Shown: in pieces, positions 9,671 through 20,815 of the stretch
Numbering within the stretch: position 1 is the first letter of the stretch
Layout: each line of letters starts with the position of its first letter
Source of the DNA: a virus
Direction: 5' to 3' (one strand)
DNA: 64,000 nt
IMG/VR virus record: IMGVR_UViG_3300022562_001814
Span: 96,001 to 160,000 of that record
The notes under the pieces: model-generated
Databases searched by the model: none
What the model saw: only the letters and a program-made list of their open reading frames with translations
Told to the model about the DNA's origin: nothing
Position numbers and translations under genes: made by a program

Positions 9671-12600
9671 ATGACAGATATTTTTGATACACTTGGTAAT
9701 GTTTTAGAATCTCAATTTTCACTTGGTGAAAATAAACTTCATAGTCTAGATATTGTTAGAAATGGGCATGCCGTTTCTTATGGGCGTCTTGGTGAATTCG
9801 CTGATAAATTTGATAAAAGCGCCGAACGTAGCTATACAGAAGAGGGCTTTTATAGGACCGATTTGTTTAATCCAAGAGCGAAACAATTAGAAATCTGGAT
9901 GCAAGAACCAGATGTTACTATTTTAGTTAAAAAACGTGCTTTTTCTTCATTAGTAGAGAATTATAAAAATGATTTATTAAATAAAGATGAGAGATTATTT
10001 ATTAGAGCAAGTAAGTTTTTATTTCAAAATAAATGTAAACAAATTGCCGCCTATGAAAAATTAACTAAAATTTCTACTATCGCTACTGAAATTGGTGCCG
10101 TTGATTATCATTTATTACCTGTTTTATTTTCTACGACAGATACTTTAGATTCAATTTTTGGTGGCACTAGCTCTTATCAATCTTTTAAACAAGTAGTTGA
10201 TCGGGTAAGAACTATTACTAATTTATCTAAAGATAATGTTTATACAACTTGGACCACAAATGTATTAAATTCATTTAGAACAGATTTGGGTGAAGGTACT
10301 GGTGTTATTGAATTTACAACGGCTGCCAGCATTAATACAACTTCATCGATTCATTTTGGAGGTGGTAGTTGTAATATTACATTTGTAGATCCATACGAGC
10401 TAATGTTAATTACTCATAATGATATAGAGCAAGCTATTGCAGATGCTACTAGTACAATTATGGGTAGTGCATTTACTCAGCTTGGATTAAGAGAATTAGA
10501 AAATGGTATACAATCGGACAAAACATTATTAAATAAAATACGTGCTAGCAGAGGCGCAAATCCTATTAATTTTATTGTAAATCCAGATACTTTCTTAGGC
10601 AAAAGAGTTCGAGCTATTGTGGATGGGACTGGGCAAGAAATTAAATTTGACGGTTCATTATTTAAAGTTGATATTGACCCAGCATACATATTTCCGAGTG
10701 GCGGGCTTCTTGATGTAAATGGATTGAGTAATGGTAAATTACCAAGCGGTGATTTAGCTAATGCAATAGATACAATATTTGATACTTCTATAGCTCAACC
10801 AAATACCGAAGTTAAAATTTTTGAAAGTATTGTTAAACGTATATTTAATCAAATTCAAATTAATACTAATTCCAGAAAAGTTAGTAAAAAACATAATGCA
10901 AGTACCAATACTTTAAGAAAAAAATTAAGATTACATTATGGTTCTAAATTAATTATTCAGCCTATGGATTCGGTGCATGTATTCATTAGCTCTAAAACTA
11001 CGGTTGATAATAAAATTTTAGGGGGATTACAAGATTCTTTAAATGCTGTTGGATTTTTACAAACAGCAAATAAAGCTTTAATGAATTTACAGGATTTTTT
11101 TCATGCAGGAAAAGATAATTCAATTGAAAAAGCATTATTTGTAGGCAAAGACTTTCCTAATTGGTTATGGCTTATGATGCGTAATCAAATTACAACGGAT
11201 AAGAGTGGTACTCAAGTTTTTGCGGGGTTAGTAGAGAATAATAGCTCTAATTATGATAATAATACTTTTACAGTTAACATAAGTGCTAAAGATAATTCTT
11301 CTTATTTTAATTTTGGAGTAGTGAATTATAAACCGGCACTTGATGTTTGGAACGGTTCTCTTTTTGATCCTATCACTCCTTTTAATATTGAATTTGATCG
11401 AGCAACTGGGTTTCAAAAAGATCAAATACCAGAACTATTACAAGAGAATCAAGATTTATTTAAATCGGCTTTTATTAAATATAAAAATGGAATATATGTA
11501 GGAAAAAAACCAACTGTAAATAATTTTGTACAAGATACTGACACTATACAAAACGCTTCCGTAAGACGAATTTTTTATGATCCAGACGGAATGGTGTATA
11601 AATGGAAAGAAGGTATTGGTACATTAGTAATGTTTGGAAATAATTACGAAGAAAATCCGTCCACACATACTTCTACCCCACCAACTACTAATGATCCGTT
11701 TGCGGGACAAGATGTTATGAATGTTTTGTCTTTAATGGTAACTGGAGAGCCTTATAATTTTGCTACCTTCTATAAAGCGGCTTCGCAATTTGATAGTTTT
11801 GGGCGAGATCCTCATACGGGTGGAGATCCATCAACATCATTTTTTAGAAATTTTCAAACAGATCTTAAAAAACGTAATTTATTATATGGTAATTTCGTTC
11901 CTTTTAAAAAATTAGTTACAGATACTGAAACTTATAAAAATGTTTTAAATGGAACTATTAGAACCGAAAGTTTTGAACGAGAATTAAATGAATTATTAGA
12001 ACAGAGAGCCGATCTTATAGATAGACAAACTTATCTTGGCCCCGATAATATTAATGCTAGAAATTTACAACCTAGAATTAATGAATTAAATAAAAAAATA
12101 AGTGTAAAAAAACAAAAAATAGCAGATGAATTAAAACAAATAAATAAACCTATTAGTTTGATAGGTAATGATGTCAGTTTGGATTATAGTTCAGATAATT
12201 TATTAGATGCAGGAAATAAAAATAATTTAAGTGATGCAGATAGATTAAATAGAGATTTAAGAAGAAGGATTCATTATCTTACTCGAAGATTATCTTGGAA
12301 AGTAAGAGCAAATGAAGATATTAATTTATTTATTGTAGATGACTCTTATGATAAAGATTATGATATTCAGGAATTTGAAAAATCATTCACCAATCCAGAT
12401 CTTTTTAGAAGTGAATATACGACCGTTGATGAACAAATTAAAAGAGTAAGCCAACTTCTAGATTTAGAAGTATTTGCTGACACTCAAGGACACATTAGAG
12501 TTCGTGTACCTCAATATAATAAAATACCAAGTAGCGTATTTTATAGAATGATAAGATTGAAACAAGAATTTGATATTCAACTTTATCCTCAATTTTTAGA

Positions 12601-14473
12601 GGATCTTTATGTTACACAACTTACTAATATTTTAGATAGATTAGAAATTATTGAAGATGAAATTCGTATGTATGGTTTAGCTCTGGGATTAAACACAGAT
12701 GCTAAACTCGAACAATATATTTCTACTAAAGGTCCAAATATTCCAGGTAATAAAGTTTTTACAACTTTTAAATTTATTTCAGACGAATCTACAGGCGCTA
12801 CTTCCAGAATTATTTTAAAAGATTTATCATCAACTGATAATCCTGATGAAGTTTTGCAATTATTTAGTAATGGATTAAATGCAAATAATTCTCTTAGCAC
12901 ACAAGCCACCGTTAATAATATTTTAAGTACATATTCAAGAGTTGATCTTTTAAGTCAAACGACTCAAGCATTTATTGGTAAAGATGTTAATAGTATAACT
13001 TCTAATGAAGGAGATCTGAATAGAAAAGAAAAAATTGCAGATAGATTGTATCAAAAATCCGGACAAGAATTCGATTTAAAACAACTATTTACCAATAGTA
13101 ATAAATTATTGGGAGGAAAATCTGTTAGTCAAGGAGATTTATTAAAAGTTTTAAATGAAATTTCAACTAGAATTTCTGAAAGACAACGTATTATTAAAAT
13201 TGCGGCAAAAGCATTACAAAATGCTCAAGAAGGTGTATCTTTAATTCAAAATAAAGGACAAATAGCAAATAAATTAATCACTCCAGGATTATTAAATAAT
13301 AGTCAAATTCCACAAGGCTTTGAAGGCATTATTGAAGATGAAAGTTATGATGATTATGGTCCTGGGTCTGGAAAACGTTACATTATTAAACCACAACATA
13401 TTAAAAGTATGTCTATTACAGAACATGCTCCATCATTTACAAGTGTTGAAGTATCTGGAAAATTTGGTGATAATTATATAAATAATTTACCTGATAGCTT
13501 AAATGGATTTACTGGTCCTGGAAATGCATTAACTACCGCGCTTGCAGTTGATTATGATTTATGGCGTATGTATGGTGTTAGAATACCACAATCAATAAAT
13601 GCACCATATTTAACCGATCCACAAACTCAATGTGCTCCGTTCGCAGTTGCTTTACTTAATAAAGCAAGAAAACAAATTCATGATGGTTCCACAATTAATA
13701 TATTTGGTAATGAATATATGCAACCGGGAGAAGTAATTTATATAGAACATCTTGATAATTTATTTTATGTAGAAAGTGTTCAGCATCGTATTAATTATGG
13801 TAGAGAATTTTCTACTTCATTAAATGTATCTTATGGTCATATGCCGGGACAATATATTCCAACTTATCTAGATACTGTTGGAAAAATTCTATACAAAAAT
13901 AAAGATATTACTAATTTTGTTAATATTAGACAGGATAATGTTAATAATGAACAACATATTGGTACTATTATTGGTAGTTCTGATGGTACATTTACTAGTC
14001 CAAGCGATCAAATCAGTAAAGGCATTTATGCACAGTTAAATAGACAGACATTGAATGATATATTGCAAGCAGCTGATTCTGCTTTTAGTGTTGCTGGAGC
14101 TAATTATCAACCAACTCTTGAATTAAGAATTTATTATGCTTCTAGTTCGGGTTTTAGTTCTTTCAGTCCTAATGCGCAAGCGCTAGCAGAAGCGATAAAA
14201 CAATTTCTTATTGGTGCTCAAAATGGCTTATCAGAATCATTTAAATTAAAACAACCTAGTTCATTTCTTAAAAATCAACAAGATTTTATTAATGTGGTGT
14301 CAATTGATTCCGATGATCCTGAAGAAAATAGATCTCCTTCCTCTCAAGCTTATAATATGGCTCGAGTTACACTTGATAAAAAATCAACAAGAAATGAAGC
14401 CAATGCTAACAAAGTAGATACAGTGATATATAAATACGTAGTCGATTGTTGGATAAATTTTACAAGTGATTAA
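9671..14473 (+). CDS. Baseplate hub protein (gp27/VgrG N-terminal-like), very large
   Basis: Contains LEVFADTQGHIRVRVPQY and GNEYMQPGEVIYIEHLDNLFYVESVQHRINYGREFSTSLNVSYG. Lies between the tube initiator and spike genes. Confidence 0.65.
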   Translation: MTDIFDTLGNVLESQFSLGENKLHSLDIVRNGHAVSYGRLGEFADKFDKSAERSYTEEGFYRTDLFNPRAKQLEIWMQEPDVTILVKKRAFSSLVENYKNDLLNKDERLFIRASKFLFQNKCKQIAAYEKLTKISTIATEIGAVDYHLLPVLFSTTDTLDSIFGGTSSYQSFKQVVDRVRTITNLSKDNVYTTWTTNVLNSFRTDLGEGTGVIEFTTAASINTTSSIHFGGGSCNITFVDPYELMLITHNDIEQAIADATSTIMGSAFTQLGLRELENGIQSDKTLLNKIRASRGANPINFIVNPDTFLGKRVRAIVDGTGQEIKFDGSLFKVDIDPAYIFPSGGLLDVNGLSNGKLPSGDLANAIDTIFDTSIAQPNTEVKIFESIVKRIFNQIQINTNSRKVSKKHNASTNTLRKKLRLHYGSKLIIQPMDSVHVFISSKTTVDNKILGGLQDSLNAVGFLQTANKALMNLQDFFHAGKDNSIEKALFVGKDFPNWLWLMMRNQITTDKSGTQVFAGLVENNSSNYDNNTFTVNISAKDNSSYFNFGVVNYKPALDVWNGSLFDPITPFNIEFDRATGFQKDQIPELLQENQDLFKSAFIKYKNGIYVGKKPTVNNFVQDTDTIQNASVRRIFYDPDGMVYKWKEGIGTLVMFGNNYEENPSTHTSTPPTTNDPFAGQDVMNVLSLMVTGEPYNFATFYKAASQFDSFGRDPHTGGDPSTSFFRNFQTDLKKRNLLYGNFVPFKKLVTDTETYKNVLNGTIRTESFERELNELLEQRADLIDRQTYLGPDNINARNLQPRINELNKKISVKKQKIADELKQINKPISLIGNDVSLDYSSDNLLDAGNKNNLSDADRLNRDLRRRIHYLTRRLSWKVRANEDINLFIVDDSYDKDYDIQEFEKSFTNPDLFRSEYTTVDEQIKRVSQLLDLEVFADTQGHIRVRVPQYNKIPSSVFYRMIRLKQEFDIQLYPQFLEDLYVTQLTNILDRLEIIEDEIRMYGLALGLNTDAKLEQYISTKGPNIPGNKVFTTFKFISDESTGATSRIILKDLSSTDNPDEVLQLFSNGLNANNSLSTQATVNNILSTYSRVDLLSQTTQAFIGKDVNSITSNEGDLNRKEKIADRLYQKSGQEFDLKQLFTNSNKLLGGKSVSQGDLLKVLNEISTRISERQRIIKIAAKALQNAQEGVSLIQNKGQIANKLITPGLLNNSQIPQGFEGIIEDESYDDYGPGSGKRYIIKPQHIKSMSITEHAPSFTSVEVSGKFGDNYINNLPDSLNGFTGPGNALTTALAVDYDLWRMYGVRIPQSINAPYLTDPQTQCAPFAVALLNKARKQIHDGSTINIFGNEYMQPGEVIYIEHLDNLFYVESVQHRINYGREFSTSLNVSYGHMPGQYIPTYLDTVGKILYKNKDITNFVNIRQDNVNNEQHIGTIIGSSDGTFTSPSDQISKGIYAQLNRQTLNDILQAADSAFSVAGANYQPTLELRIYYASSSGFSSFSPNAQALAEAIKQFLIGAQNGLSESFKLKQPSSFLKNQQDFINVVSIDSDDPEENRSPSSQAYNMARVTLDKKSTRNEANANKVDTVIYKYVVDCWINFTSD

Positions 14474-14479
14474 GGACCA

Positions 14480-16522
14480 ATGGTAGGAACGAGTCAAACA
14501 ACAATAGGTCGTGTACCCGGTTTATTAAGACTAGGAGTTATTTTATCTTTTGATTCTGATGTTCTTGGTGTACAAGTTTATATTGGTTCTTTAAAAGAAT
14601 ATAATGCAATACGGCAAGATATTAATAATATTGTTTTAGCACAATTGCCAGTTAATTATTTTGCTGTTGGTAAACGTCCTCCAAAAAAAGCTTTTGTAGG
14701 CGGATATCCAGAAAGTGGTACCCCAGTATTAGTTGCACAAGCAGATGGTGGACAATGGTACATTGTTACTATATTAGCTAAAGATCCTGCAGCATTAAAT
14801 ACTGTTATACCTTCAGTTCCAGAGCTAAATTCTGGCTCTTATATTCTCCAATATAATGATAATTATATTAAATTAGATCAAAATGACGGTATTACATTAG
14901 GAGAAGATAATAACAGTCTTATTTTAGATACAGGCAGGGACGTCTTTGTTGACACTTTTGATAATAAATATGTTTTTACAGAAGCTTCCCGTACTGTTGA
15001 AGGTATTATTAAAAGAGATGTGGAACCCAAAGAAGCTTATGCCTCTTCTTTAAGAGAATCAAATCCACAATATGATGATACACTTAAAAAAATTGGATTA
15101 GATCCTATAGCTGCTCAAAATTGGTCAAATATCGGTTCTTCAATTCGTAATCCATTACGAACTGAAAAAAGAGAAATTGTATATGAATTTGGGCGAAGTT
15201 TTAATATATTAGATGATGAGAAAGAGTTTTTATCATATAAAGATAGTGCTAATATCAAGATAAGCGATATTTTAAATAGACGTGAAAGTCGTGCTGATGC
15301 TTTAAGTTTAAGTTTAGTTTCTCCTAATTATTTGATGGAAACGATAAAAGGTACCGTTGTTGATATTTATGGTAATGTATTAGATATTAACAGATCTGTT
15401 ATTCCATTAGGAAAAATAGAAAAATTATCAATTAAAAAAATTAAAACAAATTTACAAGAACAAGATCCATTAGGAAATGTATTTCAAAATATTAAAGCTT
15501 TAGAAAGAAGAGAAATTGCTTATCATTTTGAGTTAAATGCAAAGAAAAATGTTTTAGGTCCACCCGATGCCACAAAACGAGATGATTACGCTAGAGATCG
15601 TAGTAGATTTTTCTTAGATATTGATAAAGAGGGTGTATTTAAACTAAATGTACCAGCGTCCAGTGAAACTGGTAACGTTCCATTATTAACTAGATATGAA
15701 AATTTTTCTACTATTACGCCAAATGAAAAAACTAAAGATCCTAATGATTTAGTTTTTAATCAAAATACTCAAGATATTTTAATTGAATCTTTTATTGGTG
15801 ATAATGCTGTTGTTGAAATAATAGATGAACTTAATGGCAATGCTTCTCCTTTAGATAGATTTTCATCTGAAAATAATCCTACTTATATTAAACACGGCAC
15901 TGTTTATCATAATATAGCTGATACATGCAGTACGTTTCAGCAAAATAATATTATTTATGAACGAATAGTAACGACCAATTTGGCAACTGGACGAGTTGCT
16001 GATAAAGTAGATATTATAAAACAACAAATTAAAATTTCCGGAGATGATGCTGATGGTGGCGGAAGAAGCGGAAGTTTAAATTTTGATGGCTCTATAGAGG
16101 TTAATATTGGAGCCAATACTGTTGACCGTCATTCTGTTTGGCTTGATTTACAAGGCGCTTTAATTGGTAATGTTGGTAGAGATTTGCGTAATAATATTTC
16201 AGCAGCACTTCAATTTGACGGAGAAGTATTAATACAAAGTGGCGGTACCACGCCTAATAATGATAGTAGATTTATAAAATCAGGTATTAATAATGGTAGA
16301 AAACCGGGCGTAATAGATTTACGGGTTATTAATCAATCGGGAAAAGTTAATGTAATAAGAATAGATAATGAAGGTATTACAATTCACGCTGAAAGTAGAT
16401 TTACAGTGTATTCTCATGGAGATATAATGATGAGAAATACTGGTACATTTAATATTGAATCTGATAATTTATTACTAAATGGACGCAAAGTACGTAAAGA
16501 TACGGGGCTCGGTTCAATTTAA
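14480..16522 (+). CDS. Baseplate central spike (gp5/gpV-like)
   Basis: N-terminal OB-fold-like segment (LRLGVILSFD...YPESGTPVLVAQADGGQWYIV) and C-terminal short beta repeats (VIRIDNEGITIHAESRFTVYSHGDIMMRNTGTFNIESDNLLLNG). Confidence 0.6.
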   Translation: MVGTSQTTIGRVPGLLRLGVILSFDSDVLGVQVYIGSLKEYNAIRQDINNIVLAQLPVNYFAVGKRPPKKAFVGGYPESGTPVLVAQADGGQWYIVTILAKDPAALNTVIPSVPELNSGSYILQYNDNYIKLDQNDGITLGEDNNSLILDTGRDVFVDTFDNKYVFTEASRTVEGIIKRDVEPKEAYASSLRESNPQYDDTLKKIGLDPIAAQNWSNIGSSIRNPLRTEKREIVYEFGRSFNILDDEKEFLSYKDSANIKISDILNRRESRADALSLSLVSPNYLMETIKGTVVDIYGNVLDINRSVIPLGKIEKLSIKKIKTNLQEQDPLGNVFQNIKALERREIAYHFELNAKKNVLGPPDATKRDDYARDRSRFFLDIDKEGVFKLNVPASSETGNVPLLTRYENFSTITPNEKTKDPNDLVFNQNTQDILIESFIGDNAVVEIIDELNGNASPLDRFSSENNPTYIKHGTVYHNIADTCSTFQQNNIIYERIVTTNLATGRVADKVDIIKQQIKISGDDADGGGRSGSLNFDGSIEVNIGANTVDRHSVWLDLQGALIGNVGRDLRNNISAALQFDGEVLIQSGGTTPNNDSRFIKSGINNGRKPGVIDLRVINQSGKVNVIRIDNEGITIHAESRFTVYSHGDIMMRNTGTFNIESDNLLLNGRKVRKDTGLGSI

Positions 16523-16589
16523 TAAATAATAATTAGATGTTAAAATTAATTTTGTTGATGGTATATATAAGCATAAGAAGAAATAAATA

Positions 16590-18686
16590 ATGCCTTGTAA
16601 CCCCATCGACGATTCAGACGTAATACTTCCTGATTTACCATCAGACTTTAACGGTTTGGCAGTCCCGCAATTACCTCCTTTTGATATTCCGTTTCCTAAT
16701 TTACCTATTGAGGACTTATTAGATCTTTTTAATACATTAAATATGATTTTGCCTCCAGGAATTTTGAGACCAAACTTATCTCCTCAATTTTCTAAAAATG
16801 TTTTGGATGCGATTTTATCATTATTAGAAAAATTTATGCCATTTTTAATGTTGTATACATTTTTCATGCCAATTTTGAATATGATTTTATGTATAATTGA
16901 AGTATTATGTTCAATTAATAATCCATTTAAACTTATTAAAGCAATTATTAGATTATTTAGAGTTTGTATTCCCGAATTTTTGTCTTTATTTCCATTTTTG
17001 GCGTTAATAATGATGATAATTTCTTTATTATTGTTAATTTTAGCATTAATTCTTTATTTAATAGAACGTATTATTGCTTTAATTAAACAAATTATCGAAA
17101 ATATAAGAATTTTATCAGAAGCGGTTGCTTCAGCGGACAATGATAGCGTTATTGCAATTACAATTAAGTTAGGGGATTTGCTTTGTATATTTCAAAACTT
17201 ATTTGTATTATTAGGTGTAATAATTTTAATCTTTCAACTAATTGAAAGATTATTAAATCTTAGTTTTAAATTACCACCATGCGATGATGATGATGGCAGT
17301 GATGATGGGTGTTGTACCACCGATGTTTGCCCTTCATTTATTAAAAATAATAAAGAAATCACTTCAACCGGCACTTTACAATATTTTAATAAAGTTATAG
17401 AAACTGGAAGTATATTTGGTTCAGAAACTTTGCGAGAATCTAGTTATCAATTATATGATGAAGCGGCAAGCACTGCATTAGCATTTAATAATATTACGCA
17501 TGCATTCGATTTACCTAATGGTGTATCTCAAGTTTTCTTTCCCGAAGGTAAAACATATACATCAACATCTAATTCTAATGGAGTTCCTTACTTAGCCGAT
17601 ATAAGATTTTATTATGATCCATTAATTTTCGGACGTAATGATACGTTAGGTGCAAGATTTATCAGAATTAAAAATTGTATTGTATTACAGGCTCCAGTTG
17701 ATGGTGTTTATGATTATCAAAATAATTTAATAGAACCATTTAATGGAACATTATCATTAGGTGGTGGTACAGCCTATGAAGATGATGGAATTACTGTTAT
17801 GAAAGTATCTTCTTCTGACGCAGGTGCGGGAACTTTGAATACAGTTATCACATTGCCTGATACTGTTTCTGATAATCCAGTATTATCACCAACAGATGGA
17901 TTAAAATTTGAACAAATAACATATACTTTTAAAATTAATCACACAATTTTGGTTGCAGAAGATTTAATTACATTAGGATGCCATCCGGATGTTGCTTTAA
18001 ATAAAAACTTTATGAATAGCACGATAGCGTCTAGATTAAATACAAATGCAGCTATTTTAAGAGGTATTACCTTACCAAATGTTCAAGACACACAAGATTG
18101 TATTTTAAATGCAGTAAATAAATTTAGACAAAGTGTTTCAGTAGAATCTGCTGAAACTCTACAATCTGAATGTATAGATTGTTTACATAATTTACAATCA
18201 CAAGTCAATCAAGTACTAGGAGAAGTTATTGATGCTGGATTTGATCCTTATAATAGTGATTTTGAATTAGATCCGAGCATTCAATTTACTACAAAACCAA
18301 TTAATGTATTAGTTACGCTAAATGAATCAAGTGGTAATAATATAGCAACGAATTTGCCAGCTGAAGTTGGCTCCGATCTTGCGACCAATTTAAGTGCAGA
18401 TATTACGTTAGGAAATATAACCGATTTTAGTTATGATGGTTCTAGTCAATTTGTTGCACAAATTACAAGCTCTCAAGCCGGTAATGGTGTGATTAAAGTT
18501 GCTTATAACAATCAATTTATTAGTATTTTAAATAATCCTGCAGATACCACCCAAACGCCTAGCGTAACAACTAAAGAATTATTATATACATTTGTTCAAT
18601 CTTCATCTGCTGCAACAGGAATTGGCGGAGATTCAGGAGCTGTAAGACGCGATGAAAGTGATGTAGCTAGAGATAATGGAGAATAA
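16590..18686 (+). CDS. Hypothetical multi-pass membrane protein with Cys/Asp motif and C-terminal beta domain, in the baseplate operon
   Basis: Several long hydrophobic stretches (e.g. FLSLFPFLALIMMIISLLLLILALILYLI), the motif PPCDDDDGSDDGCCTTDVC, and an Ig-like-looking C-terminus. Confidence 0.6.
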   Translation: MPCNPIDDSDVILPDLPSDFNGLAVPQLPPFDIPFPNLPIEDLLDLFNTLNMILPPGILRPNLSPQFSKNVLDAILSLLEKFMPFLMLYTFFMPILNMILCIIEVLCSINNPFKLIKAIIRLFRVCIPEFLSLFPFLALIMMIISLLLLILALILYLIERIIALIKQIIENIRILSEAVASADNDSVIAITIKLGDLLCIFQNLFVLLGVIILIFQLIERLLNLSFKLPPCDDDDGSDDGCCTTDVCPSFIKNNKEITSTGTLQYFNKVIETGSIFGSETLRESSYQLYDEAASTALAFNNITHAFDLPNGVSQVFFPEGKTYTSTSNSNGVPYLADIRFYYDPLIFGRNDTLGARFIRIKNCIVLQAPVDGVYDYQNNLIEPFNGTLSLGGGTAYEDDGITVMKVSSSDAGAGTLNTVITLPDTVSDNPVLSPTDGLKFEQITYTFKINHTILVAEDLITLGCHPDVALNKNFMNSTIASRLNTNAAILRGITLPNVQDTQDCILNAVNKFRQSVSVESAETLQSECIDCLHNLQSQVNQVLGEVIDAGFDPYNSDFELDPSIQFTTKPINVLVTLNESSGNNIATNLPAEVGSDLATNLSADITLGNITDFSYDGSSQFVAQITSSQAGNGVIKVAYNNQFISILNNPADTTQTPSVTTKELLYTFVQSSSAATGIGGDSGAVRRDESDVARDNGE

Positions 18687-18688
18687 TA

Positions 18689-20305
18689 TTGGTTACTGAT
18701 GCACAAAGAAAATATTTCAATACTAATGATATTGTTGCGCCAGACATTGATCAATATTATTCTAAAATTATTGTAACTATTGATTCTTTTAGAAGTAAAT
18801 TTAATGTTTTAAATTCTAATTTACATAAAACTATTGGTCTACAAAATTTAGATGATATTTTTGTAAGAAATGAATCTAATTCATTAAATTTTCAAGAAAG
18901 TCGATGTTCTGCCTTTTACAGAATGGTCGGATTTCCAATTGTTAATGGTGAGGGAACAGATTTTTATAGCCCAGGATTTAATCCGTATGTAAATAAAGAT
19001 AGTAAAAAACAAAATGATCGGTTAGCAATAGCTAACTCTTTATTAAATAAAAGAAAAGGTATATTAAATGATCGAGAAAGATATGGTATATCAAATTCTT
19101 TTATATTTAGAGCACAAGACGATAGTGCTAGTGCCTTAGCAATATCTTCTATTTTTACTAGAAATTTTGATAAACAATTAAAACAAAATATAGGACCATT
19201 AGAATTAGATAGGCAGGTATTTGAAGTACCAGATAGGGCAAATCTTAGTTTAAATTTTCCGGACTTATCATCTTTAATTACTATAAGTACACATATTTTA
19301 AAGCCGTTTGTTGTAGATCCTAGAATAGATCTAACCGTTATGCCTGCTGCCAATCGTATTTGTGCACCATTTTTGTTTGATAAATCAAAAACAAAATTAT
19401 CAAATAATATAACATTAAAGCGTCCCTATATTGAAAAAGTTATTACTATTAGATTTAAAAACGCAAATGTACTTGAGAACCCCACTCAAGAAACAAATAT
19501 TAATCAATTTCTCAGAGATTCTATTAATTTTATTAAAGATAATTCTGATATAACTGATATTTCATTGGTTGAGAGCATACCTAATGCTTCTAAAAATTTA
19601 CACGGTTCTGAAATAAATATGTTTTTTAAATTTATAAGACAGATAGAAGCATTATTAGAAGAGTTGGCTAAAGCATTTATTGAAATTTCAAAAATTAGAA
19701 CAACTATTAATTGGAAACCTATTCCAAGCACAAATGGTCCTGAATTCGGAAGTACGTTAAAAGACGTTGATAAAAATGACAAAGACAATAATCAACAAAA
19801 AGAACTTGATATTATCAAATTAGAGCTTAATAAAGTTATTGCTAAAACAGAATTGGATTTGGGTCTTTCAACGCCAGATTTGGGAGATTATGTATTTTCT
19901 GATATTGATGATATGGCTTTAAATACTGCCCAAAATGATTATCAATTTTACGATACTCAACTTAAAACATTATATAAACAAAGAAATGCATATGGTAATA
20001 GAGCAAATGAATTATTAAAAAATATAGAAATTATAACAGGAGAATTTAGCGGTTTAGGTTTATTAGATATTTTTGCTATTCAGGCCGCTCTTTGGTCTAT
20101 GAGTCCAGAGGGCATTATAGGATTAATAGATGAAGACGCTCGTAATAGAGCAGATGAAAATACAATAAAAGGGAAAATTGATATAGTATTACCAGATTCT
20201 AGTAAACCAATATTAGAAGCGCTTACTGAATTTGAAAAAAAACTTTCAGAAATTTATGCTTTTATGGGCGGATATTATCAGGCATTATTTAATGAAGGAA
20301 GATAA
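18689..20305 (+). CDS. Hypothetical protein, probably virion-associated
   Basis: 538-aa ORF tightly coupled within the baseplate operon; no motif recognised. Confidence 0.6.
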   Translation: MVTDAQRKYFNTNDIVAPDIDQYYSKIIVTIDSFRSKFNVLNSNLHKTIGLQNLDDIFVRNESNSLNFQESRCSAFYRMVGFPIVNGEGTDFYSPGFNPYVNKDSKKQNDRLAIANSLLNKRKGILNDRERYGISNSFIFRAQDDSASALAISSIFTRNFDKQLKQNIGPLELDRQVFEVPDRANLSLNFPDLSSLITISTHILKPFVVDPRIDLTVMPAANRICAPFLFDKSKTKLSNNITLKRPYIEKVITIRFKNANVLENPTQETNINQFLRDSINFIKDNSDITDISLVESIPNASKNLHGSEINMFFKFIRQIEALLEELAKAFIEISKIRTTINWKPIPSTNGPEFGSTLKDVDKNDKDNNQQKELDIIKLELNKVIAKTELDLGLSTPDLGDYVFSDIDDMALNTAQNDYQFYDTQLKTLYKQRNAYGNRANELLKNIEIITGEFSGLGLLDIFAIQAALWSMSPEGIIGLIDEDARNRADENTIKGKIDIVLPDSSKPILEALTEFEKKLSEIYAFMGGYYQALFNEGR

Positions 20306-20366
20306 ATAATCAATAAAATCAATAAGTTAAATGTTTGCAATAATATTGCATTGGAAAAGGATTATT

Positions 20367-20792
20367 ATGTCTTCAGATCTAAGAATTGTTAATGGCGATT
20401 TTATATTAAAAAATGGTGATTTAGAACAAATTACGGGACAAAATAAATTAATTCAAGATATATTAAAAATATGTTTAACAGCTGCCGGATCTAATATTTA
20501 TCAACCTTGGTATGGTTCTTTCATTTCTAAAACACTTATTGGTTCGCATTTATCAACCGATATTACACTTACAATCGCTCAGAGTCAATTACAAAATGCA
20601 TTAGAAAACCTTAAAAAATTGCAACAATTACAGCTAAATAGTACATTACAACAAGTAACCCCAGATGAGCATATAGCAGGTATTAAAGAAGTTAAAGTAA
20701 GTAGAAATCAAATAGACCCAAGACTTTTTGAAGTAATGATAAAGGTATTAAATAGAGAATTTAAGCAAACAATTGTTACTTTTAGTCCTTAA
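20367..20792 (+). CDS. Baseplate wedge / sheath initiator, gp25-like
   Basis: DLRIVNGDF...LIQDILKICLTAAGSNIYQPWYGS...IKEVKVSRNQIDPRLFEVMIKV. Start moved to the ATG at 20367, after AAAGG. Confidence 0.75.
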   Translation: MSSDLRIVNGDFILKNGDLEQITGQNKLIQDILKICLTAAGSNIYQPWYGSFISKTLIGSHLSTDITLTIAQSQLQNALENLKKLQQLQLNSTLQQVTPDEHIAGIKEVKVSRNQIDPRLFEVMIKVLNREFKQTIVTFSP

Positions 20793-20815
20793 CAGGATAT
20801 ATTAATAAGGTAGAT

